Position numbers and translations under genes: made by a program. From contig OZ360238.1 in assembly GCA_977017645.1 (NCBI GenBank), forward strand, positions 63,178,001-63,242,000: a DNA stretch of 64,000 nt. Reading direction: 5' to 3'. Positions 62,261-64,000 of this stretch are shown here, one piece after another. The stretch's first letter is position 1; each line of letters begins with the position of its first letter. Under the pieces are notes generated by a model. The model had not been told where the DNA came from and ran no database searches. It saw only the letters and a list, made by a program, of their open reading frames with translations. The DNA comes from Torpedo marmorata. Lineage: Eukaryota.

Positions 62261-62878
62261 GCTTGATGTTCAGCACTGTTGAAGAAGAGTTCAGGCCAAC
62301 ATTTCAACTGCCTTTTGCTTTCTATTGATGCTGCTTGACCTGCTGAGTTTCTCCAGCACATTTGTGTACTGAATTAAATTACGTGAAATGTTCTGCTTCC
62401 TTGAAGTCAGTCTTTTCATTGTTATAGAGTTATTTTCACCCTATCTGGTGCGAAAAGTCAAGCACTTTTGACAGTATGGCCAGTTTTATTGAGGTGTGAA
62501 AACCAACTCATTAAGTTGTTAATGCCAAGTATTTGTAATTTTACAGTGTCTTAAATAAGTACCTTGCAGCAGGTATTATCTGTGAACAATGTAGACACTG
62601 CCTCTAAAGAAGATAATTCTTTCTTGTATTAAAAGAAAGTAATTGTAGTGCTAGTTTCTTGCATTCTTCAAGTAAAGCCACAATGTAATTTGGAGTTTTA
62701 TGCCACCTCCCTTCAACAATGTAAAGATCGACATATTGTGTTGTGTATACTGGAGGCAAAATCAACATTTTTAGGTTCACCTTTCTGATTACAATAATTA
62801 ACCTCATCTTATATGTGATAGTTTTACAAGTCAAAACAAAGTTTGTGATGGTTAACCTTTAAAATTATATTTAAATAG

Positions 62879-63255
62879 TGTAGCAGCACGCTACTTGAAA
62901 GAAGACACACACACGTTGAGCAGTCAGGTTAAGTCTGTGTGTTTATTAGGGCTCGAGCCCGACCTTTATAATAAATCAGTTCCCGCCGTGGCCTGCTCTT
63001 ACTGACCACCGGTTATACATGATAAAGGCGGGTACTTTCCTGCATAACAATCCCCTTCTTCCCTCGCGCTGTCCCTGACTGTTGGCTTGTGCAGCAAGGC
63101 CAGCGCCATTTTGGGGCCGCTGGCCTTTAAGTTGCCCTTGCCGTTTACCTGCCGGTTCGCTTGTTGGGGCCAGTGCCGCTGCGCAGGCTGCTGGCCTTTG
63201 GTTGTGCTCGCCGCCTGGAGAGCCGGCTCGAGCGCCGCCGCGATGGGCCGCCACA
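62879..63255 (-). mobile_element. 3' LTR of a Gypsy/Ty3 retrotransposon (377 bp)
   Basis: Minus strand begins TGTGGCGGC and ends GCTGCTACA; preceded by a G-run polypurine tract (C-run at 63259-63268); AATAAA on the minus strand at 62942-62947. Confidence 0.88.
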
Positions 63256-64000
63256 TGACCCCCCCCCCAGAACCGGCAGTATTGTCCTTGGTGCCCTGAG
63301 GCAAAGTCTCTGTGGCCTTTGGTGGCCTGCCTCTTCGGTGTGGTACTGGTGACTCGACCGGGCGCGCCGGGTCCAGGTGTGCCGGCTTCAGCCTGTCTGT
63401 GGTGAACACCTCCGTCTTGCCTCCGACCTCCAGCTCGAACGTGGCCCCGTTGTTGCGGACGACCCGGAACGGACCCTCGTATGGCCTCTGGAGCGGTGGA
63501 CGATGTGGACCCCTGCGAATAAAAACATACTCACAGTCCTGTAGGTATTTGGGTACGTTGGTCCTCGCGTATCCGTGCCTGGAAGGTGGAATCGGGGCCA
63601 ATTTGCCGACTCTTTCCCTGAGCTTGCTGAGGAATGCCGCGGAGTCATCCTGTTGCCCGCCTGGGGATGGCACGAATTCTCCCGGGACCACCAACTGAGC
63701 TCCGTAGACGAGTTTGGCCGAAGAGGTTTGGAGGTCCTCCTTGGGTGCCATGCGGATGCCCAACAGTGCCCATGGCAGCTCGTCTGCCCAGTTGGGACCT
63801 TGGAGCCTGGCCATGAGCGCGGTCTTGAGGTGCCTGTGGAAGCGCTCCACCAATCCATTGGACTGTGGATGGTAAGCTGTCGTGTGATGCAGCTGAGCGC
63901 CCCACAGGCTGGCGAGGTCGGACCATAGACTGGAGGTGAACTGGGCCCCTCTGTCGGATGTGATGTGGGACGGTAACCCGAACCGTGCCACCCAGGACGA
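62999..64000 (-). CDS. Gypsy pol, integrase portion (runs off the window end)
   Basis: RFGLPSHITSDRGAQFTS, TTAYHPQSNGLVERFHR (rve DDE core), RPYEGPFRV (GPY/F motif); uninterrupted frame, CpG-rich. Confidence 0.93.
   Translation of the reverse strand, partial: SSWVARFGLPSHITSDRGAQFTSSLWSDLASLWGAQLHHTTAYHPQSNGLVERFHRHLKTALMARLQGPNWADELPWALLGIRMAPKEDLQTSSAKLVYGAQLVVPGEFVPSPGGQQDDSAAFLSKLRERVGKLAPIPPSRHGYARTNVPKYLQDCEYVFIRRGPHRPPLQRPYEGPFRVVRNNGATFELEVGGKTEVFTTDRLKPAHLDPARPVESPVPHRRGRPPKATETLPQGTKDNTAGSGGGVMWRPIAAALEPALQAASTTKGQQPAQRHWPQQANRQVNGKGNLKASGPKMALALLHKPTVRDSAREEGDCYAGKYPPLSCITGGQ

Larger units (their letters stand above)
60750..62370 (+). mobile_element. Penelope-like 3' end (host; pieces ~60750-61005 and ~62261-62370)
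   Basis: cagtctccaacca..aatatcgacttctccaatttccg (SLQP..NIDFSNF), CT-rich UTR, and after the insertions the terminus gatgctgcttgacctgctgagtttctccagcacatt. Confidence 0.7.

Noticed and set aside
63087-63928. Several plus-strand and alternative-frame ORFs over the Gypsy integrase
   Set aside because: By-products of high GC content overlapping the pol frame.
1-64000. Prokaryotic-type systems (CRISPR arrays, operons, rRNA, defence islands)
   Set aside because: The sequence is vertebrate genomic DNA with spliceosomal introns; no repeat-spacer array or rRNA signature was seen.

Overview
Eukaryotic (vertebrate) DNA, most likely a cartilaginous fish (shark/ray), judged from the repeat families: HE1/V-SINE-like tRNA SINEs, CR1, Rex-Babar-like LINEs and Penelope-like elements. 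The window holds one complete protein-coding gene, a 3-exon spalt-like zinc-finger repressor best matching SALL1 (+ strand; CDS 17159-17231, 25229-28644, 30619-31062; 3933 nt, 1310 aa). It sits in a largely transposon-free block (~10-38.6 kb) with a CpG-rich promoter and several candidate conserved enhancers. Both flanks are dense with nested mobile elements (CR1, L1, Rex-Babar, Penelope, hAT MITEs, a Harbinger-like element, a young Gypsy LTR element). Best leads: (1) a phase-compatible 219-nt in-frame exitron in exon 2 that would exactly remove zinc-finger cluster 3; (2) hammerhead-ribozyme motifs in Penelope termini, one inside a 133-bp insertion with a perfect 15-bp TSD; (3) a composite hAT MITE made of two inverted mini-MITEs plus a captured spacer, in two independent copies; (4) upstream ATGs that could alter SALL1 translation. 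All calls come from reading the sequence by eye; no searches were run, and TE boundaries without a stated TSD are approximate.
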